NCBI GenBank assembly: GCA_018221305.1
Contig: JAAOYK010000051.1
Coordinates: 20,085-84,084 of the forward strand
Length of the DNA: 64,000 nucleotides
Reading direction: 5' to 3'
From: Candidatus Pacearchaeota archaeon
Lineage (GTDB): Archaea > Nanobdellota > Nanobdellia > Pacearchaeales > GW2011-AR1
Made by a program: the position numbers and the translations under genes. Shown here piece by piece: positions 38,789 through 48,383 of this stretch (its first letter is position 1; each line of letters opens with the position of its first letter). The notes below the pieces were generated by a model. The model was given only the letters and a program-made list of their open reading frames with translations, searched no databases and was not told the DNA's origin.

Positions 38789-39523
38789 CTATGTTCCAAT
38801 CTCTACATATAAGTAATAAGAGGTTGAGCTAGTAAAGTTCGGGGCACCATTTTCAGGAACAAGTAATTGAAAGTCGTATCCAGCTCCATCATAACCTGTT
38901 GCATTATCTTCTAAAATAGTTGCATAAACATGATTATATCCATCATAAAGTGCTGTCTCATGAAAGTCTGCAAACTGTACAACACCATTAACATAAGTTT
39001 TAACAGTAGGACACGTGTTCGCTAAAATAAATGTTGATCCTACCCAAAAAGAGTTATGAGTCCTATTTTCAAAAGTTTTAGTAATATTATCATCATTACT
39101 TGTATGATCCATATTACTATTTTCAGTTTCTAAATAAGTAATATTAGAACAATTTATAGATGACCACGCAACACTAGTTGAATTACGTGTGGCATAAACA
39201 CGCCCAGTAATAGTAGCCAACGACCAATCATAGATTGTTGACCCCCCTGAATCATCCAAAGTAAAACTACCACTAACCCATCCAACAAACGCTTTCCAGC
39301 GCGGGTTCTGAATTGTTGCACTGATATTCATAGTAGCAATATATCCGCCAGAAATATTAATTTTTAAACCACCAGTACCAGTACCTTTAGTTTCATTTGC
39401 TGTTACATTAATACTATCTGGAGCAGTTGGATCAGCAGCATAAACCCCCATAATAAAAATGAGAACCAGCATACTAAAAAGTATAACTAATACAACTTCT
39501 CTTCCTTGTTTATTATACTTCAT
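38789..39523 (-). CDS. Secreted protein consisting of the 'YVEL-end' domain (paralog of 39710-40528 and of the C-terminus of the 2348-aa protein)
   Basis: 244 aa. Signal peptide ...IMGVYA/ADP. Shared motifs WxxxxGxVSG, YDW(S/T)LA, DDxxxxTF, YDFQLLVPENG, YYLYVEI. Confidence 0.65.
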   Translation of the reverse strand: MKYNKQGREVVLVILFSMLVLIFIMGVYAADPTAPDSINVTANETKGTGTGGLKINISGGYIATMNISATIQNPRWKAFVGWVSGSFTLDDSGGSTIYDWSLATITGRVYATRNSTSVAWSSINCSNITYLETENSNMDHTSNDDNITKTFENRTHNSFWVGSTFILANTCPTVKTYVNGVVQFADFHETALYDGYNHVYATILEDNATGYDGAGYDFQLLVPENGAPNFTSSTSYYLYVEIGT

Positions 39524-39686
39524 GATTTCTTTTTTCCCTCACAAGGCCTTCTTTCTTTACAAGACCGTTTTTTCCCTCATAAAATTCTTTTCTTTTTATG
39601 AGTTTTTTTTAAACTTATTTCTCTCTTATCTAACCTTCTTGTTTTCACAACTACCTTATCCTATTACTGTCCTGAGTAAAAGATAT

Positions 39687-39709
39687 AAAAAAATAAAAAA
39701 TAAAAAATC
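39687..39709 (-). terminator. Oligo-T archaeal-type termination signal after the 39710-40528 gene
   Basis: Minus strand reads GATTTTTTATTTTTTATTTTTTT immediately after the TAA stop. Confidence 0.5.
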
Positions 39710-40528
39710 TTACTCAAGCTCTACGTAAAAGTAATAGGGTGTTATTTGCAAATCTGTTCCTTTACCATTCTCAGGTACAATCATTTGGAAATCATGGTAT
39801 TTACCATCAAATCCAGTAGTGTCTACCTCTTCAAGTAAAGATACAAAGATTGGCGTATCTGTAACCGGATCATATAGTAAAACTTCTTCGAAAAAGTTAT
39901 CCTCACTTCGATTATTTCTCCGGACATTTGTACTCAAACATTCTCCGTCTTCAAACTCTAGACTGTTAACATAAAACAAATCATGAGTCCCATTGGTTCC
40001 TTCTAAAGATCCATTTAAATCAAAAGTCTCATTAATACCATCAACATCGTCTGTTGTGATGTTATAGAAAGTTTCGATTTCACTTAAGTTCATACCATAC
40101 TGACTAGTATTACCTTTTGTAGCATTCTCATCTCCAGCAGGCTTAGATCCCGTCGCTGAAAAATTAAAGCACTGAACATACAACCAACTTAAACTATCAT
40201 TAGTTGCTGCAAAAACTTCACCTTCTGGGCTTGCTAAGGTCCAATTATACATGATGTTATCATCACTATCTGCTAACTGAACAGTACCTGAAACATTACC
40301 ATAATAGCCTTGCCACGCCGTAGTCGTAGAAAAACCAACTATTGTAATTTCAGTTACGTTTCCAGCCCAAGCACCATGAGTTTGAGCAGTATCAGGTGAT
40401 GAAGAATCTTCACTAACCTCACTTGGTGTCGCACCATAAGGCATTGCACCAAGAATAAAACTCAAGCTACTAAAACATACTATACTAATCAAGAATGTTA
40501 TTATAAACAACCTCTTAACTGACTTCAT
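39710..40528 (-). CDS. Secreted protein consisting of the 'YVEL-end' domain
   Basis: 272 aa with a signal peptide and AGGAGG SD upstream. Motifs AWQGYYGNVSG, MYNWTLA, DDVDGINETF, YHDFQMIVPENG, YYFYVELE. Confidence 0.65.
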   Translation of the reverse strand: MKSVKRLFIITFLISIVCFSSLSFILGAMPYGATPSEVSEDSSSPDTAQTHGAWAGNVTEITIVGFSTTTAWQGYYGNVSGTVQLADSDDNIMYNWTLASPEGEVFAATNDSLSWLYVQCFNFSATGSKPAGDENATKGNTSQYGMNLSEIETFYNITTDDVDGINETFDLNGSLEGTNGTHDLFYVNSLEFEDGECLSTNVRRNNRSEDNFFEEVLLYDPVTDTPIFVSLLEEVDTTGFDGKYHDFQMIVPENGKGTDLQITPYYFYVELE

Positions 40529-40622
40529 ATCCTCTTTTTTCCTCCTTTCACCACTTTCTTTACTTCAAAGTTATACAAACTTTACTATAATAGTGTGTTT
40601 TTCACTTATAAATGTTTCCATT

Positions 40623-40709
40623 TTTCATTTTTGAAGTGAATTTTCATTTTTGAAAAGATCTTTCACTTTTGAAGCTGGATTTCCATTTTTGAAGTGAATT
40701 TTCATAATT
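40623..40709. repeat. Four to five tandem TTTCAyTTTTGAAg iterons at 19-20 bp spacing in a divergent promoter region
   Basis: Copies at 40623-40636, 40642-40655, 40661-40674 and 40681-40694, plus partial copies at 40615 and 40699. Each contains a TTC-N6-GAA inverted half-site. Confidence 0.65.
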
Positions 40710-40809
40710 ACACAAATTCATCATAAATGAAACCATATTATCACAATTGAAAAAATTTATAAACTTTGTTTTCCACTTAATTCTGATGAAAACCAGTTTA
40801 TAAAAAAAA

Positions 40810-41334
40810 ATGGAAGTTTTAAAAGATCTATTTGATGAAAAAATATTAGAAATTATAAACCTATTTATGGAAAATCCTGAAAAAAGATATTTCTTAAGTG
40901 ACGTTGCAAATATTACTAAGATCAATGTAACCACAACATTTAGAATTTTAAACAAGTTAGTTTCTAAAGGTTTCTTGCGCGCAACAATTGTAGGGAAAGT
41001 AAGAATATACCAATTAGAAAAAAATGAGAAAACGCGCGAACTAATAAAAATTCTAAAAAAAGAAGGATCAGCACTAGACCGTTTCGTGACAGAAGTTTCA
41101 ACCCATCCAAGAATTAAAAAAATAATACTAGAATCTAAAGATAAAAATCATGCAAAGCTAATCCTCGTCGGTGATTTCCTCCCACAATCAAAAATTAACA
41201 AAACAATCGAGGACATAAAGAGCAAAGAAAATTTTGTAATAACTTTTGTTGAAATAAACGAAAACCAATATGAGGGTCTTAGAAGTTTTAAAAATTATAA
41301 TTTAGAAAAAAAGGTTATCTGGCAAAGAAAATAA
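40810..41334 (+). CDS. Winged-helix transcription regulator with C-terminal domain of unknown function
   Basis: 174 aa. N-terminal wHTH pattern (YFLSDVANITKINVTTTFRILNKLVSKGFLRATIVGKVRIYQL). AAATTTATAAACT box at 40753-40765. Confidence 0.6.
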   Translation: MEVLKDLFDEKILEIINLFMENPEKRYFLSDVANITKINVTTTFRILNKLVSKGFLRATIVGKVRIYQLEKNEKTRELIKILKKEGSALDRFVTEVSTHPRIKKIILESKDKNHAKLILVGDFLPQSKINKTIEDIKSKENFVITFVEINENQYEGLRSFKNYNLEKKVIWQRK

Positions 41335-41336
41335 TT

Positions 41337-44300
41337 TTAAAATAATTCCACATAATAAAGAACACTTTGACTATCAGTATTATTATATTCTCGAAGTTTT
41401 GCAGGAACACGTAATTCATAATCATAAGTACCGTAAGCACCAACAGAATCTGGATTAATTCTTGCAAAAAAAATCAAATCCTCTTTGTCTATAACACTAT
41501 ACTCCCCATCACTATCATCATCACTATCCCATAAAATTCCAGTCAAAAAGTTCGAACTATTTATGGATATTGCAACAGGAATATTATAAATCCACCTTCC
41601 AAAAAGAAGCATATCAGAGGTATTTTCTCCACCCAGAAAGGTAGTATTAACAGAGTCATCCATAAAACTCATGTTAAGCAGTGTATCAATATTAAGAAAA
41701 TCATTTGTAGTTGCAGCAGATTCATTATCCCTACCAATTGCTAAAAGAGACGTCCAAGATATTTGCGATTCTTGATCTGCAACCAAAAGAGACCCATTTA
41801 CAAAATAATCAGCACTCCAATTCAGCACCCTATAAGAATCATTATTAAGGAGCTGATACTCACTCCCACTATCTATCGACCCATAAAGATACTGCCAGCT
41901 TCCCACAGTAACATTAAGACTTGCCTTATTATTACTTTCATTACTTTCATCAAAGCTCCCATTAGTAGCTAATGGCGGATCAATTATAACAAAAAGCTCA
42001 TTTGTCCCAATAGTTGCACTCCAAACAACATTTGTAACATTAAATCCTCCTGCAGTTATATCTATTGATTTATCCCCATTGATCTGCACACCACCAGAAG
42101 CAGGGTCCCCATTATAAAACCTAACCACTAGCCCAGTAGAATCTGCTGCATCTAAATTGTAAACTGTAGCATTAATTAAAACAGTATCATTTTCCCTAGG
42201 AGAAGACGTGTTTACACTAATAAGACTACTATTAATCATAAAATCAGGATAACTAAGATTAAAGCCCCAAGTTTCACTAGTATTAACATTAGTTACAAAA
42301 TCATGGTCCCAGCAAGTAACATTCCAAAAATGTTCCCCAGTACCAATATCACCCACTGGCACAGGCTCAGTATGTGGAACACCACTAGTAACCCATATGC
42401 CTGGAACTTCAACACCGCCATCTACTGTCAAGTCACACTGTATAATATTGTCCAAGGCATCTGTTGCAGTCCAACGAAATATAACATTTCCATCATTATA
42501 ATCTAAAGAGGCCTTATCTCCTGGCAATACCAAATCAATATTTGGCCCTGAAACATCTGAATAAAATATCTGAGCAGTAGGCCGGTACGAATTATAATCA
42601 CTATCATTACAGTCAACAGTCCAATTATGAGCACCCTCAGACACAACAACACCTGCAAAACTGTTTTGCACATTTTTCACAGGCGCAGATTCATTATCAA
42701 CATAAATGTCATCAATATATAATTCACACTTCCTTATATCAATCGGATCATAAGGCGTATACAAAAAATTAAGAGTGGTTAAATTTATTCTCACCCCAGG
42801 CGTTGGATAATCCAAAGTAATATTTGGTGGTGCTTCGACAGTAAAATTTGCAGTATCTGACCGGTACCAATTTCCAGCAAGGTCTGTGCACTCAACAAAC
42901 CACGAATAATTCTCATCACCTAAAGGAAGCAAGGGATTCATTAAAGTATTACTTCCATTACTAATATTAAAATTTTCATACTCATTAAATCCATCAATAG
43001 TTAAATTACAATAAATCAAAGGGTCTGCTAAATTATCCATTCCAGTAAAATTAAACGTAAAATTATTATTATCAACAACTGCTCCTTGCCAAGGATAATT
43101 AAGGGTAATATTTGGATCTTGTGTATCAATATAAAACGTTAAAGGCCCGTCGCTGCCAACCAAATTTTCAATATCAGTTACATTTACAACCCAATTATAA
43201 AGTCCATCTTGCAAGTTAGTCAAACTAAAATTATTTATTTGATTATTAGTTACAAAACTAGAATTTGTTTGATTTAAAGCTCCGTTTAATATTAAAGTAG
43301 AATTTGCAATATCACCATTACCATCACTAACATTATAATAAAGTGTAACATTATTTATCTTAAACCACTGCGCATCACTGGGACTAGTTAAATTAACAAC
43401 AGGGGGTAAATATAATGTGAAGTTTCGAGTCTCACTAGAGTTTCTATTTCCAGCATCATCAATACAAGATACATTCCAAAACTTTAATCCACCAACCAAA
43501 AATGTTCGCGGGATGATAGTATCATTACCGTCCTGAGCATAAGTCCAGTTAACATCAGTACCATCAACAGTTAAATTACACATTATAGCACTATCCAAGT
43601 CATCGCTAGCAGTGTAATTAAAATTTACAAAAGTATCATAAACATTATCACCAGGTTCTGGATAATTCAAATCAATTGAGGGTTTTGCCAGATCAACAAC
43701 AAAAGTCTGGTTACCGCTACTACTGCTTAAACCAATAGTATCATTACATGATACATTCCATACATAAACCCCACTACTAAGATTAAGGTTAAATAAATTA
43801 CTTCCCCCATTTGTTATAGCAGTTTGGTTTGACTGATTATAAGAGCCGTCAATATAAAGATCACAACGCGCTAGATCACTATTATCATCTGGTTGATAAA
43901 GTAAATCAACAGAAGTTGTATTAAATGCTGCCCAATCTCCAGTAATCTGAGTTACAGTAGGATATTCAGTAACATTAACCATCCAGGTACTACTTGTATT
44001 AGTATTCCCTGCAGTATCCCAACAAGTAACATTCCAATATTTTTCACCATCAGTTAAGCTATTAATTAACCGATTAGTTAAACTCCCATTATTTCCTGCA
44101 AATCCAGGATCAACAACATTATTAACAGTCAGATTACAAGTCAGCGTCCCTAAATTTTCAGTGGCTGTAAAATTAAAGTTTATATCAGAATCTAAAGATA
44201 CATTATTGTTGCCAGGAGCATTTAAAAAAAGTTGTGGAAAAGTAGTATCAACATAAAAGTCTCGAGGAGTATCCTGATCAGTGTAGTTTGATGTATCAGT

Positions 44301-47300
44301 ACAATTAACAGTCCAGTTATACAGACCATCTGGCAAGTTGTTTACAGAAAAATTATTGATTTCACCATTAACAATAGTTGTAGCATTACTTTGATTATAT
44401 TGTCCATTAACATATAAAGAACAATTAATCAAATCATTATTGTCTGCAGGAGTGTATTGTAGCTCAACATCACTTACATTAAACCAAGTAGGATCCGGTG
44501 TAAATAAACTAACACTAGGGGGAAGATCCTGAATCGTAAAATTCCAAGTCTCACTTGTGTTAATATTATTTGCATCATCCCAACAAGTAACATTCCAGAA
44601 ATGAGTTGCAATAGATAATCCAAACACGGTTTTATTTGGATAAGTAGCATTAGATGCACTAAAATCATCAGCCCTCACCTGTCCATCAACAACTAGGTCA
44701 CAGGTTAACGGATCATCCATATTATCCCACACAGAAAAATTAAAATTAACACTGCTCGAGTTTACATTACCACCCCCCGGAGGAAAAGTTAAATTAATTT
44801 GTGGATACCCAGTATCAATATAAAAATTACGTACAGCAGAATTACCCTCTAAAGCAGTGGCATCACTACAATTAACACTCCAGTTATACAGCCCATTCTG
44901 CAAATTACTTAAAGTAAAATTATTAATTTGATTATTAACCAAAGCACTCTGATTTGTTTGATTAAAAAGACCATTAACATACAAAGAACAGTTTGCTAAC
45001 TGGTTAAGATCATCACTAACATTATAAGAAACATTTATTGTTGAAGTGTTAAGCCAGTCATTATTATCAGGATAAGTTGGAAAAACCTCTGGGGCATTGT
45101 TTCCAGAGCTAACAGTAACCTGAGTTGTTGTAGTACCATTATAATCTGAATAAACAGAGGTTGCAATACATCTAAGATTATTTATCGACGCTAAATTTCC
45201 TTGAACAGTGAAATTTGTTGACTGAGTAGTAGTTGACACGTTCCCTAAATTATGCGGATTCGTTTCCGCACCTGCCAAAATAAGATTCCCACCAGCACCA
45301 ACATTTGCCCAAGTAGTCGCAGACGTGTTGTACTGAAGATAAACATTAGTATTTAAACATAACCCAATATCGCATACAGCACTACAAGTCACATTTAAAT
45401 TCTCCCCAGTATTAATAACCTGATCAAGAACAGGCGCAGTCAAATCAACACTTAGATCTCCAAGCGAGGAAAGATTTGCAAACTCAACATAAGATAATCT
45501 GCCACTATCCCAATAATGAGTAACAGTAACATCATTACTAGCATAAATATTAATTACTAATTTTATACGATCAGTAGGAGATAAATAACGCCCAACAGAG
45601 TTAGTACAACTCCCAGTCCAAGTACCACTTACAGTACTAATTCTAGTACCAGTAGTATCATCACTTCCACTTTGACAAAGCAAAAGATCACCACTAGAAT
45701 TTGTAATATACACTTTCCAAGTCACATAACCATAGTTTTTAGTAGTCGCATCAATCTCTGCACTAAAAGACACAGTACCCCCATTCATAAATGCACCATT
45801 ATTCCCAATAAAAGGAGAAACTGCTTCGACAATAGTCTCAAAAGTTCCAGAAGAAATAGTATTTACAACATTATTTTCAGCACCATCCGCGGGATTAAAA
45901 AGATAAATATACGCAGTATCAGTCGCACTAGAGGTAAATGTTTCATACCATCTCCGAAGCCAAGTCGTATCCGGAATAGAGACATTAATTATTCGACTGC
46001 CACTAGCATTTTCATTTCCAGACGCATCAGTACAGTTAACACTCCAGTTATGAATGCCATTTTGAAGAGATGTTGAAAAATATTGAGTAACATCCTTAGC
46101 AATAGTATCATCAGTATCAAACACACCCCCATCAATTATTAAAGAACAATTTGACACGACAGACACATCACTCACATTATAAGTAAAATTTATTCCAAAA
46201 ACAGAAGTACTCACATTATTATTTAAAGGATCCATTAAATAGATAGCAGGCGCAGAAGTATCAATTGAAAAAGTTCTATTAAAAAATGCAAAAGTACATC
46301 CATTTGCATCATCACAACAGTAGACATTCCACAAATAACTACCATCTGCACTGTAACTACGATTAATAAAATTACCAGTCCCATTAATAATAGGGCTTTG
46401 ATTCACAGCACGATAAACAAACGATCCAGAAGCATTGTCATACAAGCTACAATTAATAAAATTGTCAGTAGTTGAAGGCGTATAATTAAACGTAACATTT
46501 AAACTACCAAGCCCACCGTCATCTTCAGGAGAATTTAGTGTGACACTCAAAGCACCCAAAGTCTCATAACTCACATTTAAATAAATATAATCTATTGACA
46601 AAGAAATTGCAGAACCTTGGCCAGAATTTTTAATTGCAGTCAGGTTAACTTGCATATTTTCAAGCTCACTTTCATCATGACTACTCATATCATAACTATG
46701 AACAGATTCAGTCTGATCCCCCCTACAATCTGAATCCAAACTAGACCATGACGTGCCCCCATCAACAGAATAATCAATAATACATAAACTCATTCCAGAT
46801 TCCACCATATACTCAATATACAAAGTAGCATCACTTATAATCGCACCACCTGGGACCAAACTACTATTAGCCAAATCAATTACACCTTTTGCCAAATTCC
46901 CACTCTTTGTAGTAAGACCGCCAGGATCAGATAAATAGTTATCATCACTACTAGTAACATCAGAACACGGACAAGTCGAATCCTTATTATTATCAATACA
47001 AATAGGAATATCAGTACAAGTACCAATAGCGTCAGGATCTACTGCTACAAACCAAGGACGCGCTTCACTAAAACCATTTACTTGCATTGGACCTAGTTGA
47101 TACAAATAAGGCCAGATTAGTGGAGGATAATATGAATATGAAAAGTTATCATTATCAACATCTACATCCCACTCCAAAATCTTAAACTCAACCATATCAA
47201 TAATTTTAGCATCAGTATTAAAAATTTCAAAGACTCCAGGAACATATTCACGAACATGTAAAGTTTCTTCCCCATTTAAAGCTTCAACAAAAATATTAAC

Positions 47301-48383
47301 ATCAAAAGATTCATCTTTTAATGGATCTATAACACTTTTAGTATTTCTTATAATCTCATAATCATAATTACTAGACACTAAAAAGTAACTATTAAATTCC
47401 AAATTACGATTATTAACAACAGTTTTCACACTAACACTATAATTACCATTCATTAATCCAGAAAAGCTAGCATGATACAACCCGCATTCATCACCAGTAT
47501 AAATTTCTTCAACCAAATAAATTTCATCATCAAGCTCTAATTCAAGAGAAATAGGTGCATTACAAACCCCACGACCATTTTGATCTAGTACAACGATCTC
47601 AAACTCTGCCACATCACCAATCTGATAAATACTTTTTTTTGTATTAAAACTAATTAGTCCCCAAGCAAACTCTTTTTCATAGCTTTCAGTCCAACTATCA
47701 ACCCTTAAAATATAAAACCCAGGAGAAATTTGTATATTTTTCCGCACATTAACACCAATCCCATCAGATCCCTCGCTAAGATCAATATTTACATCCACAA
47801 GCGACCCCTTACTATCATAAAGTTTTGCATCCATTTCTGGCTCAATCAAACTAACAACTTTCTTTGCAAAAGATTTTTTATCTCTTTCAATCTCAAGACT
47901 TATACTCTTCAAAGGAAGTGAGTCCTTAACATTTTCAAAGTCATCAATTTCTAATACCTTAGCCTTACCTTTAAATCCAAGATCAGGATTTACAGGCCTT
48001 GCAGTATCATTTTCCACAAAATCATCAACAAGATCATCATCATCAGAACTTGCATCAACTAAAACCAAGTTAACTACTTCAAATTCAAAAACTTCACTAA
48101 TCTCACCATAATACACCTCAATGCGATACTTACCAACCACATCAGGAACAAAAATAATATCCCCATGACCTTGCTTAATAAAAGTGTCCAAAGGCGTTAC
48201 AATCTTCATTTTGTAGCTTATTTCATCACCAAGTGCTATTTTAATTTTCTCACCAAGGTTATAACTCCCCTGAGTATCAAAAGCAGAAGTAAATAATGGA
48301 GTCAAAAGCATACAAAGGGCAACTAAAACAACTACTCCAAAAACACTTATTGCACCAATCTTAGCCATAGCATTTTCATTCAT
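41337..48383 (-). CDS. Giant (2348 aa) secreted surface protein: N-terminal beta-sandwich domains, 10+ Ig-like repeats, CARDB domain, C-terminal 'YVEL-end' domain
   Basis: Uninterrupted 7-kb ORF with an N-terminal signal/TM segment (AISVFGVVVLVALCMLLTPLFTSA). Alternating repeats span aa ~1096-2044. CARDB hallmark ESNESNNKA at aa ~2146-2154. Ends ...YDYELRVPAKL...VLYYVELF. Confidence 0.9.
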   Translation of the reverse strand: MNENAMAKIGAISVFGVVVLVALCMLLTPLFTSAFDTQGSYNLGEKIKIALGDEISYKMKIVTPLDTFIKQGHGDIIFVPDVVGKYRIEVYYGEISEVFEFEVVNLVLVDASSDDDDLVDDFVENDTARPVNPDLGFKGKAKVLEIDDFENVKDSLPLKSISLEIERDKKSFAKKVVSLIEPEMDAKLYDSKGSLVDVNIDLSEGSDGIGVNVRKNIQISPGFYILRVDSWTESYEKEFAWGLISFNTKKSIYQIGDVAEFEIVVLDQNGRGVCNAPISLELELDDEIYLVEEIYTGDECGLYHASFSGLMNGNYSVSVKTVVNNRNLEFNSYFLVSSNYDYEIIRNTKSVIDPLKDESFDVNIFVEALNGEETLHVREYVPGVFEIFNTDAKIIDMVEFKILEWDVDVDNDNFSYSYYPPLIWPYLYQLGPMQVNGFSEARPWFVAVDPDAIGTCTDIPICIDNNKDSTCPCSDVTSSDDNYLSDPGGLTTKSGNLAKGVIDLANSSLVPGGAIISDATLYIEYMVESGMSLCIIDYSVDGGTSWSSLDSDCRGDQTESVHSYDMSSHDESELENMQVNLTAIKNSGQGSAISLSIDYIYLNVSYETLGALSVTLNSPEDDGGLGSLNVTFNYTPSTTDNFINCSLYDNASGSFVYRAVNQSPIINGTGNFINRSYSADGSYLWNVYCCDDANGCTFAFFNRTFSIDTSAPAIYLMDPLNNNVSTSVFGINFTYNVSDVSVVSNCSLIIDGGVFDTDDTIAKDVTQYFSTSLQNGIHNWSVNCTDASGNENASGSRIINVSIPDTTWLRRWYETFTSSATDTAYIYLFNPADGAENNVVNTISSGTFETIVEAVSPFIGNNGAFMNGGTVSFSAEIDATTKNYGYVTWKVYITNSSGDLLLCQSGSDDTTGTRISTVSGTWTGSCTNSVGRYLSPTDRIKLVINIYASNDVTVTHYWDSGRLSYVEFANLSSLGDLSVDLTAPVLDQVINTGENLNVTCSAVCDIGLCLNTNVYLQYNTSATTWANVGAGGNLILAGAETNPHNLGNVSTTTQSTNFTVQGNLASINNLRCIATSVYSDYNGTTTTQVTVSSGNNAPEVFPTYPDNNDWLNTSTINVSYNVSDDLNQLANCSLYVNGLFNQTNQSALVNNQINNFTLSNLQNGLYNWSVNCSDATALEGNSAVRNFYIDTGYPQINLTFPPGGGNVNSSSVNFNFSVWDNMDDPLTCDLVVDGQVRADDFSASNATYPNKTVFGLSIATHFWNVTCWDDANNINTSETWNFTIQDLPPSVSLFTPDPTWFNVSDVELQYTPADNNDLINCSLYVNGQYNQSNATTIVNGEINNFSVNNLPDGLYNWTVNCTDTSNYTDQDTPRDFYVDTTFPQLFLNAPGNNNVSLDSDINFNFTATENLGTLTCNLTVNNVVDPGFAGNNGSLTNRLINSLTDGEKYWNVTCWDTAGNTNTSSTWMVNVTEYPTVTQITGDWAAFNTTSVDLLYQPDDNSDLARCDLYIDGSYNQSNQTAITNGGSNLFNLNLSSGVYVWNVSCNDTIGLSSSSGNQTFVVDLAKPSIDLNYPEPGDNVYDTFVNFNYTASDDLDSAIMCNLTVDGTDVNWTYAQDGNDTIIPRTFLVGGLKFWNVSCIDDAGNRNSSETRNFTLYLPPVVNLTSPSDAQWFKINNVTLYYNVSDGNGDIANSTLILNGALNQTNSSFVTNNQINNFSLTNLQDGLYNWVVNVTDIENLVGSDGPLTFYIDTQDPNITLNYPWQGAVVDNNNFTFNFTGMDNLADPLIYCNLTIDGFNEYENFNISNGSNTLMNPLLPLGDENYSWFVECTDLAGNWYRSDTANFTVEAPPNITLDYPTPGVRINLTTLNFLYTPYDPIDIRKCELYIDDIYVDNESAPVKNVQNSFAGVVVSEGAHNWTVDCNDSDYNSYRPTAQIFYSDVSGPNIDLVLPGDKASLDYNDGNVIFRWTATDALDNIIQCDLTVDGGVEVPGIWVTSGVPHTEPVPVGDIGTGEHFWNVTCWDHDFVTNVNTSETWGFNLSYPDFMINSSLISVNTSSPRENDTVLINATVYNLDAADSTGLVVRFYNGDPASGGVQINGDKSIDITAGGFNVTNVVWSATIGTNELFVIIDPPLATNGSFDESNESNNKASLNVTVGSWQYLYGSIDSGSEYQLLNNDSYRVLNWSADYFVNGSLLVADQESQISWTSLLAIGRDNESAATTNDFLNIDTLLNMSFMDDSVNTTFLGGENTSDMLLFGRWIYNIPVAISINSSNFLTGILWDSDDDSDGEYSVIDKEDLIFFARINPDSVGAYGTYDYELRVPAKLREYNNTDSQSVLYYVELF
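42252..45098 (-). repeat. Five tandem A/B pairs (10 domains of ~95 aa) of Ig-like repeats inside the giant gene
   Basis: A type: ...NCSLYVNGxxNQTN...NNFxxxNLxDGLYNWxVNCxD...FYIDT. B type: ...VNFNFTxxDN...CNLTVDG...WNVTCWDxAGNxNTSxTW. Confidence 0.8.

Noticed and set aside
39530-39579. Direct repeat TTTTTTCCCTCA (39530-39541 and 39568-39579) and a 9-bp hairpin (CTCATAAAA...TTTTATGAG) upstream of the 244-aa gene
   Set aside because: One copy is simply the SD region (GAGGG) of the gene. The sequences are short and low-complexity, and the hairpin T-run is on the non-transcribed strand. This was not convincing as a regulatory element.
40644-40955. 103-aa minus-strand track ORF spanning the iteron region and the start of the wHTH regulator
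   Set aside because: Its 'protein' is low-complexity, being a translation of the tandem DNA repeats, and it overlaps the better-supported plus-strand regulator. The region is better explained as a divergent promoter/operator.
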